Shown in pieces: positions 51,041 to 60,587 of a stretch of DNA of 64,000 nt. The stretch is taken from assembly GCA_965601925.1 (NCBI GenBank), contig OZ271854.1, positions 1,632,001 through 1,696,000 on the forward strand. The letters are read 5' to 3'. The position numbers were made by a program, and so were the translations under genes. The DNA comes from Alkalispirochaeta sp. (GTDB lineage: Bacteria; Spirochaetota; Spirochaetia; DSM-27196; Alkalispirochaetaceae). Under the pieces are notes generated by a model, which was not told where the DNA came from, made no database searches, and saw nothing but the letters and a program-made list of their open reading frames with translations. Within the stretch, counting starts at the first letter, position 1. Each line of letters begins with the position of its first letter.

Positions 51041-52203
51041 CTACCGAAGCAATTTGTACCTTTGTCAAAGGCCTTTATGAGCCCCTTGACTTTCTTCCCC
51101 TCCACCGACCGATTCTCGGTGATCTTGAAAAGACATATCTTTCCGACTGCATCGACAGCAACTTCGTGTCGTCTGTAGGTGTTCGAGTAACCGAGTTCGA
51201 AGAACGCCTTGCTCGTTTTACGGGGGTGAAGCGTGCGATAGCAACGGTAAACGGAACGGCCGCGCTACATATTGCGCTCAGGGAGGCGGGAGCGCGGAAC
51301 GACACCGAAGTGATCACCCAACCTCTTACCTTCGCCGCAACAACCAACGCGATCGCATATACTGGGGCGATACCGTTGTTTGTTGACGTGGAGCGAGCAA
51401 CGCTTGGTCTTGATCCGGACCGCTTGGTGGAGTTTCTTCGCACTAAGACCATAGTCAAAAACGGGCGTCTGACGAACGCTGATACCGGGCGTGTTATCAG
51501 CGCCTGTGCACCTGTGCATATTTATGGGCATCCGTGCCGAGTTGATGAGATAGCCGCCATCTGTAGTGAATACGAAATCCCCGTCGTTGAGGACGCCGCC
51601 GAGGCACTCGGCAGTTACCGTAACGATGGGCACGTCGGTCATGACGGTGTTATGGCAACGCTCAGTTTCAATGGTAACAAGATTATCACCACCGGCGGCG
51701 GTGGTGCGATTCTGACCAATGACGAGGTACTTGCGGATCGACTTAAGCACATCACCACCACAGCCAAACAGTCACATCCATACGAGTTCTTCCACGACGA
51801 AATCGGGTATAACTATCGTCTTCCCAACCTGAACGCCGCTCTCGGTTGCGCGCAGATGGACAGACTTCCGAGCTTCCTTCGGGAGAAGCGAGGTATCGCC
51901 GAAGCGTATCGCACTTTCTTTGACGGCTCGAAGCTGGATTTCATCGACGAACCGACGGGTTGTCGATCGAACTTCTGGCTCAACGGGGTCCTATTTCCCA
52001 ACCGTACCGAACGGAATACGTTCTTGGATTACTCAAATGCTCACGGCGTCATGACGCGACCGTTTTGGCGTCTTATGCCCGACCTACCGGCCTTTAAGGA
52101 CGCCTTCTGCGGAGAGATTCCCGTCGCACGCGACTTATACGATCGAGGAGTCGCTTTGCCGAGCAGCGTTCCTCTGAAGACGATCGACTCGACTGAGGTA
52201 TGA
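51037..52203 (+). CDS. LegC-like DegT aminotransferase
   Basis: CIDSNFVSSVG, NGTAALH, EDAAEALGS, SFNGNKIITTGGGG, HDEIGYNYRLPNLNAALGCAQ and LPSS. Confidence 0.9.
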   Translation: MTTEAICTFVKGLYEPLDFLPLHRPILGDLEKTYLSDCIDSNFVSSVGVRVTEFEERLARFTGVKRAIATVNGTAALHIALREAGARNDTEVITQPLTFAATTNAIAYTGAIPLFVDVERATLGLDPDRLVEFLRTKTIVKNGRLTNADTGRVISACAPVHIYGHPCRVDEIAAICSEYEIPVVEDAAEALGSYRNDGHVGHDGVMATLSFNGNKIITTGGGGAILTNDEVLADRLKHITTTAKQSHPYEFFHDEIGYNYRLPNLNAALGCAQMDRLPSFLREKRGIAEAYRTFFDGSKLDFIDEPTGCRSNFWLNGVLFPNRTERNTFLDYSNAHGVMTRPFWRLMPDLPAFKDAFCGEIPVARDLYDRGVALPSSVPLKTIDSTEV

Positions 52204-52207
52204 CAAC

Positions 52208-53398
52208 ATGCAAATCAACGAACTGATACAGCGCACTAAGCCCCTCTTTAACATAGACATCGACGCTCACCAAAGTCGCCTAGATACCGAGATCCGGAAT
52301 GCCAAGTTTCTGATTATCGGTGGTGCCGGCTCCATCGGTCAGGCGGTAGTGAAGGAGTTGTTTCGGCGAAATCCACGCGTTTTGCACGTTGTCGACCTGA
52401 GCGAGAACGCGCTCGTCGAGTTGGTACGGGATATTCGAAGCTCGTTGGGATATATCGACGGCGATTTTCGGACCTTTGCCGTGGACTACGGGCAAGACGA
52501 ATTCGAAGCGCTCATCGGTGCCCGTGGACCGTATGACTACGTGGCCAATTTGGCCGCGCTCAAGCACGTCCGGAGCGAACGCGATCCGTTCACGCTCATG
52601 CGCCTAACTCGTGTCAACGTCCTCCACACGATTCGCTCGATCGAATTGGCAATAGCACACGGAGCCCGAAAGTTCTTTGCGGTATCCTCCGACAAGGCGG
52701 CAAATCCGGTCAACATGATGGGGGCGTCAAAGCGTATCATGGAGATGTTTCTGGCTGCGGATTCGGGCGGCGTACCGATCTCAACCGCGCGGTTTGCCAA
52801 CGTTGCGTTTTCTAACGGGAGTCTTCTCGACGGCTTCAGATATCGCCTCCGGAAGCGACAGCCGCTGGCGGCACCGTCCGACACGCGCCGCTACTTTGTG
52901 ACCGAAGAAGAAGCCGGCCGACTTTGTGTTCTCTCAATGATACTCGGCAACGACGGCGATATCTTTTTTCCAAAGGCGCCCGAGGAGCTCAACCTTGTGA
53001 GTTTCGCCGATATTGCCACGCGATTTCTCATCGCAAATGGATATCAACCCCATCTTTGTGAATCTGAAGACGAGGCTCGTATGTATCTTGAACGCAATCG
53101 TCGTGTAGACGCCACGTGGCCGCTTTTTGTGTTCTCAAGTGACACAACCGGAGAGAAACCCTTTGAGGAGTTCTATACGGACGAAGAAGATGTAGATTGG
53201 GAGCGATTTTCTCAGGTCGGTGTGGTGAAGAACAAGTTCAACGTCGATGCTGATGTGTTGTCCCGTTTTGTGCACAGAATCGAAGGTCTATTGGCGAGTC
53301 GAGAATGGACCAAAGGTGATCTGATCGAAGCGTATTCGTGGCTACTGCCGTACTTCGCACACGAAGAGATGGGACGCTCGTTGGACGAGAGGATGTAG
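52208..53398 (+). CDS. UDP-N-acetylglucosamine 4,6-dehydratase (polysaccharide biosynthesis protein)
   Basis: GGAGSIG, LVELVRDIRSS, ALKHVRSE.DP, SSDKAANPVNMMGASK, RFANVAFS.GS and GEKPFEEF. Confidence 0.9.
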   Translation: MQINELIQRTKPLFNIDIDAHQSRLDTEIRNAKFLIIGGAGSIGQAVVKELFRRNPRVLHVVDLSENALVELVRDIRSSLGYIDGDFRTFAVDYGQDEFEALIGARGPYDYVANLAALKHVRSERDPFTLMRLTRVNVLHTIRSIELAIAHGARKFFAVSSDKAANPVNMMGASKRIMEMFLAADSGGVPISTARFANVAFSNGSLLDGFRYRLRKRQPLAAPSDTRRYFVTEEEAGRLCVLSMILGNDGDIFFPKAPEELNLVSFADIATRFLIANGYQPHLCESEDEARMYLERNRRVDATWPLFVFSSDTTGEKPFEEFYTDEEDVDWERFSQVGVVKNKFNVDADVLSRFVHRIEGLLASREWTKGDLIEAYSWLLPYFAHEEMGRSLDERM

Positions 53399-53404
53399 CT
53401 GAGT

Positions 53405-54136
53405 ATGAACCTTGCGTATCAGTTTACGAAGCGTTCGATTGACGTTTTGCTTTCCGGTCTCGGTATCGTCGTCTTGTCTCCGATACTGATCCTGACCACG
53501 ATGATTCTCTGGATGACGGGAGAGCACAAGGTAATGTATCGTCAGCGCCGTATCGGCAAGGATTACAATCCGTTTTTCATCTACAAGTTTGTTACGATGC
53601 GATCAGACAGCGAGAAGTTCGGCACGATCACTGCAAAAAATGACCCTCGCGTTCTTCCGGTCGGAAAAGTCTTGCGTAAGAGCAAGATCAACGAGCTTCC
53701 GCAGCTGTTCAATATTCTGTTCGGCGATATGTCGATTATCGGACCGCGGCCGCTTGCCGGCGCGGAAGTGGATATGTATCCCGACGACGTACGCGCTCTC
53801 GTTTACGATAACAATAAACCGGGACTGACCGGTATCGGATCTCTCTTTTTTCGTGACGAAGATGAGTTGATCGCGGGAACCAAAAAGCCGCCCGAAGAGG
53901 CGTACCGAGAAGACGTAATGCCGATAAAAGGAAGGATAGAAATCTGGTATAGAGAAAACAAGTCTCTCAGGATCGATCTCTTGATTTTCTTTTTGACGGT
54001 ATTGTTTGTTTTCAACCTGTTGCCGGTATCGCTTGTATCGATATTTCGTAAGTTCGATACCTTTCCTTCAAAGCCGCTCTCTCAGTATAGGAGCCTGGTA
54101 GCTGCGCGTGACTCACATAGACGTAATGATCATTAA
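53405..54136 (+). CDS. Initiating phosphoglycosyl (sugar) transferase, PglC/WbaP C-terminal type
   Basis: KRSIDV, single TM, QRRIG, YKF.TM, DPRV..VG..LRK.KINELPQLFN...GDMS.IGPRP and KPGLTG. Confidence 0.92.
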   Translation: MNLAYQFTKRSIDVLLSGLGIVVLSPILILTTMILWMTGEHKVMYRQRRIGKDYNPFFIYKFVTMRSDSEKFGTITAKNDPRVLPVGKVLRKSKINELPQLFNILFGDMSIIGPRPLAGAEVDMYPDDVRALVYDNNKPGLTGIGSLFFRDEDELIAGTKKPPEEAYREDVMPIKGRIEIWYRENKSLRIDLLIFFLTVLFVFNLLPVSLVSIFRKFDTFPSKPLSQYRSLVAARDSHRRNDH

Positions 54137-54402
54137 AGAAAAATGCGGTAATTGGATGACAAATCTTCCGTGAGTCGAGCGGCGTGCCGTTTGGTTCCCA
54201 TAAAAACGGCCCGCTCCTCCTCAGCTTGGGCTGGCTACGGGGAAGGTCCGGTTCTTCGAGGCGTCCATACATATGCTGATTTCTTCCTCTGTCCACCCGT
54301 CCCTCGCCGAGACGGTAGTACTGAGAATCTGATATACAACACTTCCCGTTTAAAGGAAGAGGGCACACTGCGGCCCGAAGATCTCACCATCACCGTATGT
54401 GG

Positions 54403-55416
54403 TTATTCGTCCTTCTGATGCCATGCCGACCGGAGTTTATGCATTTCGTCTGGATCCTGTCTCACGCGACGCACGTACTCAAAAACGAAAGCAAGAAACA
54501 CCAGAATAAAGAACGCTAAAATTGTGGCAACAACTACGACGGTTATAGGGCTTCGCGAGTCTTCTTCAAACACTTCAAACACTACCGGCGGTCCAAAAAA
54601 AGTAACGAGTTGATGACTCTCTTCTATCGCCTCCTCCAAGACGACCATGTCGCCCGTCACCGAAGCGAATACTGATAAAACATTATTGCCAGAAATTTCC
54701 AAATATTCTATTATTGAATCTATTGAAAGTTCTTGTGAAATGTCGGGCGTTTCCTGTATCGCTTGTCTAATTAATCCCGCAAGTTGAATTTCATTCTCGT
54801 CAATCATTCTGCTCAGTGCATCTCTCGCGTCCTCCAACTGGGGGCCCATTTGGGTGCCGAGTTCGAGTACGCCTCGCGAGGCGATCGCTTCAATGAACCC
54901 CGTTGCGCTATCCGGCGTCGAGGCCGTGTAGCGGAGTGTTAGTAACCGCGTCCCTGAGTTCCATTCAACACGATACGCGTTGCCGATGATATGTCTTCGG
55001 ACCGTGGCGAGATAACGCTCCGGAGTGCGATCGGTTGGTACGTTCTCCTCAAATGGAGCGTAGACTTCCGCGACGAAGGTGGGATCATTCAATATCGATT
55101 GCAACCTTACCGCCGGATCAAAGTCGATATATTGGCGTATACGTTGGGGGAAGTTTTCTACAAGCATCTGCCGCTGAGCCGTATACCCCGATTGTTGATC
55201 GATCTCAAGTCCCACGAGTGGCGTTAGATAAAGTCCCATCGCCGTAACGATACAGGTTAAGATCGTTCCGATCACGATCATCGTACGATATCGAACGACA
55301 ACGGCGACAAGATCGATCAAGCTGATCGTATCGTCTTCATAACGATTCTCCGTTTGGAACGAAGACGAACCGTCTGAAGGGCTTACACGTTGACGCCCAC
55401 CTTTAGGTGTTTCCAT
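54403..55416 (-). CDS. Wzz-like polysaccharide chain-length determinant
   Basis: EDDTISLIDLVAVVVRYR plus N- and C-terminal TM helices flanking a periplasmic coiled region. Start uncertain. Confidence 0.75.
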   Translation of the reverse strand: METPKGGRQRVSPSDGSSSFQTENRYEDDTISLIDLVAVVVRYRTMIVIGTILTCIVTAMGLYLTPLVGLEIDQQSGYTAQRQMLVENFPQRIRQYIDFDPAVRLQSILNDPTFVAEVYAPFEENVPTDRTPERYLATVRRHIIGNAYRVEWNSGTRLLTLRYTASTPDSATGFIEAIASRGVLELGTQMGPQLEDARDALSRMIDENEIQLAGLIRQAIQETPDISQELSIDSIIEYLEISGNNVLSVFASVTGDMVVLEEAIEESHQLVTFFGPPVVFEVFEEDSRSPITVVVVATILAFFILVFLAFVFEYVRRVRQDPDEMHKLRSAWHQKDE

Positions 55417-55463
55417 ACCGGCACACTATCACTTTTTCTTTATTCGATGGTAGACTCCGTCCC

Positions 55464-56924
55464 GTGCTTTTGCAGCTCACCGTTCGGAACGTTCTCCGCA
55501 ATATGCCCCGCTTGGCGCCCATGATAGCGATCATCGTGATGGTGTTTCTGATGATGGTTTTGGGAAACGCAGTCTTGTCGTCGTCCGGTGACGCCCTATA
55601 TCGGTTGTATGGGGCGCTTGTAGCGGGTGATATCAGCGTCAGCGCCGATGCCGAAACCAATTTCACAGTCTTCGGCTCTGATCAGCTCTTAGTCGGCGAG
55701 TACATCGTATTGGATGTCGTACCAGAGTTCGAACGATTGCGGACTGCGGTAGAATCACTCGGTGTAGTGCGCGCTTCGGCCGGCCTGGTCTCGGCCGTCG
55801 CGCGGATAGAAATCGGCGATCAGGAGCGCGTCCACACACTTTTTGGTGTCGATTTTGTCGAGTATCAAGCACTATTCCCCGATCTCGAGTTAGTTGCGGG
55901 GTCGTTTCCGCGTTTGGGCGAGCCGGGCATTGTGGTGCAAGAGAGTTGGTTGGTCGGCGAAGATTCCGTTGATATGCTTTTGGGTAGACCGGCACTCCTT
56001 GCGTCCGGAACCGGGCGCACCTTCACCCTGCGTGAAGTACCGGTCAGAGGTGTATTCCGATATCCGGTGAACGACGATCTCTTGTCTACAATTGCACTCG
56101 TCGACGCCGATACCGCGCGCGCGCTCAACGGGTATCTCTACGGTGCGCTCGAAGAGGTCGATCTTTCCGCCGATGATGAGGCGCTCTTGGATGCTGATGT
56201 CGATGCGCTTTTCGCTGAGTTCGATGGAGAGAGCACCGCAACGAGCGATGATTCCGAGACGATTGATCTGAGCGATCTGTTCGGCGCCGGGTCTTCCGAT
56301 CACGATCAGAGAGAAACGGAGCGCTCTCGAGAGACGATATCGGGAACGTGGAATTTTTTGCTCGTGGCGTTACACGATCAACGCGATCGCGGCGCGGCGA
56401 TACGACGTCTCACGACAATCGACGGCGATGAGCCCAACGGGTATCGGGTACGTCCATGGTGGGGCACTGTGGGCGGCAATGCATCATTGGTGCGTTATCT
56501 GCAAATACTGTTCAACGCGGGGCTGTTGTTCGTCGCCACGGGTGCCGCAATCATTGCTACCAACGCTTTAGTGCTCTCAGTGCTGGAACGCACGAGTGAG
56601 ATCGGCACTATGCGAGCGCTTGGGGCCACACGCGCCCGTGTTGCGCTTCTGATTACCGTGGAAACGATACTAGTAGTTATCAGTGCGGCCGCTGCCGGCA
56701 TCGTGTTCGGTACGATCGCCGTTCGTTTGCTCAATGTCGCCGAGTACAGTTCACAAAACCAGTACATCAGCATTCTTTTCGGCGGACGATCCATTACGGG
56801 CATTGTCACCGCACGGCTCATCGCGACGCATTTGGCGGCTGCTCTTCTGCTCGCACTCGCGGCAGTCATCTATCCGATAGAACGCGCATTGGCAATAAGC
56901 CCGCGTGAGGCGATGGCAGCGTGA
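55464..56924 (+). CDS. FtsX/MacB-family ABC permease
   Basis: RNVLRN..R N-terminus, large periplasmic domain, SVLERTSEIGTMRALGA and ISPREAM. Confidence 0.85.
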   Translation: MLLQLTVRNVLRNMPRLAPMIAIIVMVFLMMVLGNAVLSSSGDALYRLYGALVAGDISVSADAETNFTVFGSDQLLVGEYIVLDVVPEFERLRTAVESLGVVRASAGLVSAVARIEIGDQERVHTLFGVDFVEYQALFPDLELVAGSFPRLGEPGIVVQESWLVGEDSVDMLLGRPALLASGTGRTFTLREVPVRGVFRYPVNDDLLSTIALVDADTARALNGYLYGALEEVDLSADDEALLDADVDALFAEFDGESTATSDDSETIDLSDLFGAGSSDHDQRETERSRETISGTWNFLLVALHDQRDRGAAIRRLTTIDGDEPNGYRVRPWWGTVGGNASLVRYLQILFNAGLLFVATGAAIIATNALVLSVLERTSEIGTMRALGATRARVALLITVETILVVISAAAAGIVFGTIAVRLLNVAEYSSQNQYISILFGGRSITGIVTARLIATHLAAALLLALAAVIYPIERALAISPREAMAA

Positions 56925-58246
56925 TGTTATCCCAGGCAAGCACTCTCGCAGTATCTGCGTGGCGCAACTTCATACGAAATCTAAAGCGATATCGGATCGT
57001 CCTCCTCGCTTTGACTTTGATCGTAGCCGTTCTCGTCACCGTTCTGGGTACGCTTCTGGGCCTTCACACCTCAGTACGCGAGAAAGCCAGCCGTTACTTT
57101 GCCGGCGATTTAGTAGTTCTCGGGCTCGCGGGAACGGGGCGGTCCCTCATTGATGAGCAGGCAGCGATCGAGAGTGCGTTTTCGACTTTGCAGGACGAAA
57201 ACACGGTACGCACCTGGTCCCGCCGCAGCACGTACTACGAAGTGGGCAACATCGAGCTCTTTTTCGTTGGATATTATGCGCGACTGCGTCGATTGGTTGG
57301 GGTCGAGTGGGAGCTTGAGCGACCTATACTATCGAGTTTTCTCTTCACGGAGGGTGCTGTTCCCGACGATGATGACGAGGAAGGAATTCTCATCTCTTCG
57401 GCAACGGCAAGAATGCTCAGTGCGCGCGTCGGCGACGCTGTTCTTGTATCGATTCTATCGGATCGCGGTAGGTCCAATACAACAGAGCTGATCGTCCGTG
57501 GTATTTACACGGAGTCGAGTTTCTTCGGATATACCGGGTACTTGCATCGACGCACGCTTAACCGGTTGCGCGAGGTGCCGGACGACACAGTACACGAAAT
57601 GGGGCTCTACCTATACCCGGAAACGGTACGCGAAGAGAATGAAATAGCCGAACGACTCACGAATGCGTTGGACCATGTGGGCTTATCGACGTTTCCCGTA
57701 CTGATCGATCGGGATGAGTATTCGCGCGCCGTATCCGCCCCGCGTGACGGGACGCAATATGGAGTGGTAACGCTCAGTGCTCAGTTAGCGGAAATCACGG
57801 AGTTGCTTGCGGCAATGTCGATAATTGCGGGCGTGATTATCGCGTTCTTTTTGGGAATCGTCGTAGTGGGGGTTCGTAACACATGGACTATGGTAGTTTG
57901 GGAGCGGACAAGTGAGATCGGCACCCTACGGGCGCTCGGAATGCAGCGTAGCGGGACGATCGTGCTTTTTTTGCTCGAGGCGCTGTTTTTGGGATTGGTC
58001 GGCGTTATCCTCGGAACCGTGGCCGGATTGACACTGTTGAGTATCATAACCTCCATGATCGAGTTCCCGCCCAACGCTGCGACGACCCTGTTCCTTACGC
58101 AAGGACGCTTGACGTGGCGGCTTCCCATGTGGCTGATCGGGTCAACTGCGTTGCTCGCCGTCGGAGCGAGCTTTTTCGGGGCGTTTCACGCCGCATTGCG
58201 GGCCGGACGCATCGAGCCGGCGGAAGCATTACGAAATGCTCGATAG
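56921..58246 (+). CDS. FtsX/MacB-family ABC permease
   Basis: AWRNFIRN..R, ERTSEIGTLRALGM, LFLLEA and IEPAEALR. Confidence 0.88.
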   Translation: MMLSQASTLAVSAWRNFIRNLKRYRIVLLALTLIVAVLVTVLGTLLGLHTSVREKASRYFAGDLVVLGLAGTGRSLIDEQAAIESAFSTLQDENTVRTWSRRSTYYEVGNIELFFVGYYARLRRLVGVEWELERPILSSFLFTEGAVPDDDDEEGILISSATARMLSARVGDAVLVSILSDRGRSNTTELIVRGIYTESSFFGYTGYLHRRTLNRLREVPDDTVHEMGLYLYPETVREENEIAERLTNALDHVGLSTFPVLIDRDEYSRAVSAPRDGTQYGVVTLSAQLAEITELLAAMSIIAGVIIAFFLGIVVVGVRNTWTMVVWERTSEIGTLRALGMQRSGTIVLFLLEALFLGLVGVILGTVAGLTLLSIITSMIEFPPNAATTLFLTQGRLTWRLPMWLIGSTALLAVGASFFGAFHAALRAGRIEPAEALRNAR

Positions 58247-58281
58247 CTTACCGGTGTCACGACCGGCGTACACGAGGTATC

Positions 58282-59097
58282 ATGAATATGGTTGTGCATA
58301 GAGGGCTACGCGGACCGGGGGTTTGGTTGCTGCTCATTGCGGCTGCGCTTTACCGACCGGAGATAGTATTTTCTCAACAGGCTATTTCCCGAGAACAAGG
58401 GCGGCAGATCCTTCGGCGTGCCGACGCCTTGGTGACGTTCCCGGGCGATGACTTCTCGGCAGAGTATACCATAACCGAAGTACGCCCCGGAGAGGGCACG
58501 AGTCGAACGGAGTTCGTACTGTTCCGGCGTGATCGAGTTAACAGCTATACCATTCTGATCAGAGAACCGGCACAGGATCGCGGAAAGGGATATCTCCGCA
58601 TCGATGATAATCTCTGGTTGTATGACCCCGTCGCGCGTCGTTTTACCGTTGTGAGCGCTTCCGACCGTTTCCAAAACACCAATGCGCGAAACTCAGATTT
58701 TACTCAATCGACTCTCGCCGACGACTATCGCATCATTAGTCATACGACGGAACAACTTGGCGTATATCGTACGGATGTCTATGATTTGGAAGCGATTCAC
58801 GACAATGTTACATTTCCGAAGATGCGCATATGGATCGATCAAAACGATTTAGTTCGCAAGTTTGAAGATTACAGCCTCTCGGGCCAACACATGCGAACCA
58901 CTGCCATCCCGGAGTATCGGACGTTGGAGGATCGTTTTGTACCGGTCAGGATCGTGATTCAGGATGAGTTACGGGGTCGCACCATAGGCGGGCGCTTCCG
59001 CAACGAACGAACATTGATCGAGATACAACGAGAATCGTTACAAGAAGTGCCTGATATGGTATTCACGCGCACATTTCTCGAGCGTGCCGGGAACTGA
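58282..59097 (+). CDS. Outer-membrane lipoprotein-sorting (LolA-like) periplasmic protein
   Basis: Signal peptide, DRGKGYLRIDDNLWLYDP, FQNTNARNSDF and DMVFTRTFLE. Confidence 0.8.
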   Translation: MNMVVHRGLRGPGVWLLLIAAALYRPEIVFSQQAISREQGRQILRRADALVTFPGDDFSAEYTITEVRPGEGTSRTEFVLFRRDRVNSYTILIREPAQDRGKGYLRIDDNLWLYDPVARRFTVVSASDRFQNTNARNSDFTQSTLADDYRIISHTTEQLGVYRTDVYDLEAIHDNVTFPKMRIWIDQNDLVRKFEDYSLSGQHMRTTAIPEYRTLEDRFVPVRIVIQDELRGRTIGGRFRNERTLIEIQRESLQEVPDMVFTRTFLERAGN

Positions 59098-59130
59098 CCT
59101 CATTTTTTTGGAAGAGATCACGGTTGGGCT

Positions 59131-60525
59131 ATGGAAGTATCAACACTGCGAAAACGTGGCTGTGCCTTTGAATCGTTACGGAACATTGCGATTTGGTCGA
59201 TCGGATTTGTATGCTTCGCATTGATCGGAGCGCCGGTAACGGCCCAAGACTTAGACGACCTTTTTTCCGAGCCGGATTCCACTGCGGAAGAAGCCGGCGA
59301 TACGGCACCCGAAGATGAACTTGTCGATGAAGTCGATCAGACTCCCGATCAATCGGGTGATGATGGTGGTGAGGAGAACGAAGGTGAAGCGGTGGCGCCG
59401 ACGGCCGCCGTCGATATCGATGCGCTCACCACGTCACCGACTCGCGCCACCGGAAGCGTCACGGCGCGAGCCGGGTTCGGTCTCGGTTTCATCGAATGGC
59501 CCGGTTCCGACGACGCGGCCGGCCGCAGCGTAAGAGACCTTGCGGAGTATTCGATACTATACGACACAACCGCATCGATTGCCGTCGACAGTCGTCCGCA
59601 GCCATACCTGCGCTTTTATTCCAGATTAACAACGAGTTTGAGCGAATCTTCACTCACCTTCAATACGCCTGAAGTCAGTTCTCTGTTTGTTGATTATACG
59701 GTTGCGGATTCGGTGTTTTTGCGCGCCGGAACGTTCAATATGGGGTGGGGACGCGCGCGTCTCTTCGACAACCCGGCAGATCTTGTCTCGCGCGTCGACG
59801 AAGGTGCTGCGATACGCGCGTCCGTTCCCGCGGGCAGGGGCAGCGTCACCGGCCTGCTATACACGCGTCCGACGTGGATTCAGCAATACGGCGACGACGT
59901 TAACTGGCGCGCCTTTGCCTGGGCCGGCCAGTGGGAAGCGACTCGCGGGTCCCTTACTACCGAGTTCGGCGCGCATTGGCAGCTCGACGAGCCGGTGGGC
60001 ACGGCGCTTTCTTTTGCACTCGGTGTCCGTGAGTTAACGCTGACCGCCGAGGGCGTCTACAACTGGGATCAAGACGACTGGTTTGGCGGCCCCGAGAGCG
60101 GGGAGAACTCGTGGGCGGCGATCGGTAACTTCTTCTGGGAGAACAGCAGCCGTTCGTGGTCCTTTTGGGGAGAGTACCAGTATGAAAGCGACGATACCGG
60201 CGGGGGGGAACACTTAGTCGGACTTGCAATGCGGGCACCGCAGTTCGGTTCGGGGGGATGGCGTCCGGGGCTCAGCTGGCGGCACGCCGTAGAAGACTCC
60301 TCCGGTGAGCTCCTCATAGGAATGAACGGCACTATCGCGCCGAGCCTCAGACTTGAAGTCGGTGTCCCCGTTATCTACGGCGCGCCTGGAACATTCTATC
60401 GTGACGCTCTCGCTCAGTCAGTTGATGACGACGACGATGAAGACGACGATGACGAGGTTATTCTCGTCCCGGTCGACAACGTAATCGTTGCACTCTTTGT
60501 CGTCACCATTTCATTTTCATTCTGA
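59131..60525 (+). CDS. Exported hypothetical protein, probable outer-membrane beta-barrel
   Basis: Signal peptide, acidic N-terminal linker, alternating beta-strand pattern, and terminal VVTISFSF (C-terminal Phe). Confidence 0.6.
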   Translation: MEVSTLRKRGCAFESLRNIAIWSIGFVCFALIGAPVTAQDLDDLFSEPDSTAEEAGDTAPEDELVDEVDQTPDQSGDDGGEENEGEAVAPTAAVDIDALTTSPTRATGSVTARAGFGLGFIEWPGSDDAAGRSVRDLAEYSILYDTTASIAVDSRPQPYLRFYSRLTTSLSESSLTFNTPEVSSLFVDYTVADSVFLRAGTFNMGWGRARLFDNPADLVSRVDEGAAIRASVPAGRGSVTGLLYTRPTWIQQYGDDVNWRAFAWAGQWEATRGSLTTEFGAHWQLDEPVGTALSFALGVRELTLTAEGVYNWDQDDWFGGPESGENSWAAIGNFFWENSSRSWSFWGEYQYESDDTGGGEHLVGLAMRAPQFGSGGWRPGLSWRHAVEDSSGELLIGMNGTIAPSLRLEVGVPVIYGAPGTFYRDALAQSVDDDDDEDDDDEVILVPVDNVIVALFVVTISFSF

Positions 60526-60587
60526 ACGGAGAAAACGATGAGCCGGCTCGGTTTCAGTACGACGGATTCTCGTGGCACAATGCACCA

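Noticed and set aside
51037..53398. Legionaminic acid biosynthesis
   Set aside because: No synthase, cytidylyltransferase or hydrolysing epimerase in the window; both epimerases look non-hydrolysing.
54152..54418. 88-aa ORF between the sugar transferase and wzz
   Set aside because: No motif, overlaps the wzz stop, and composition is not protein-like.
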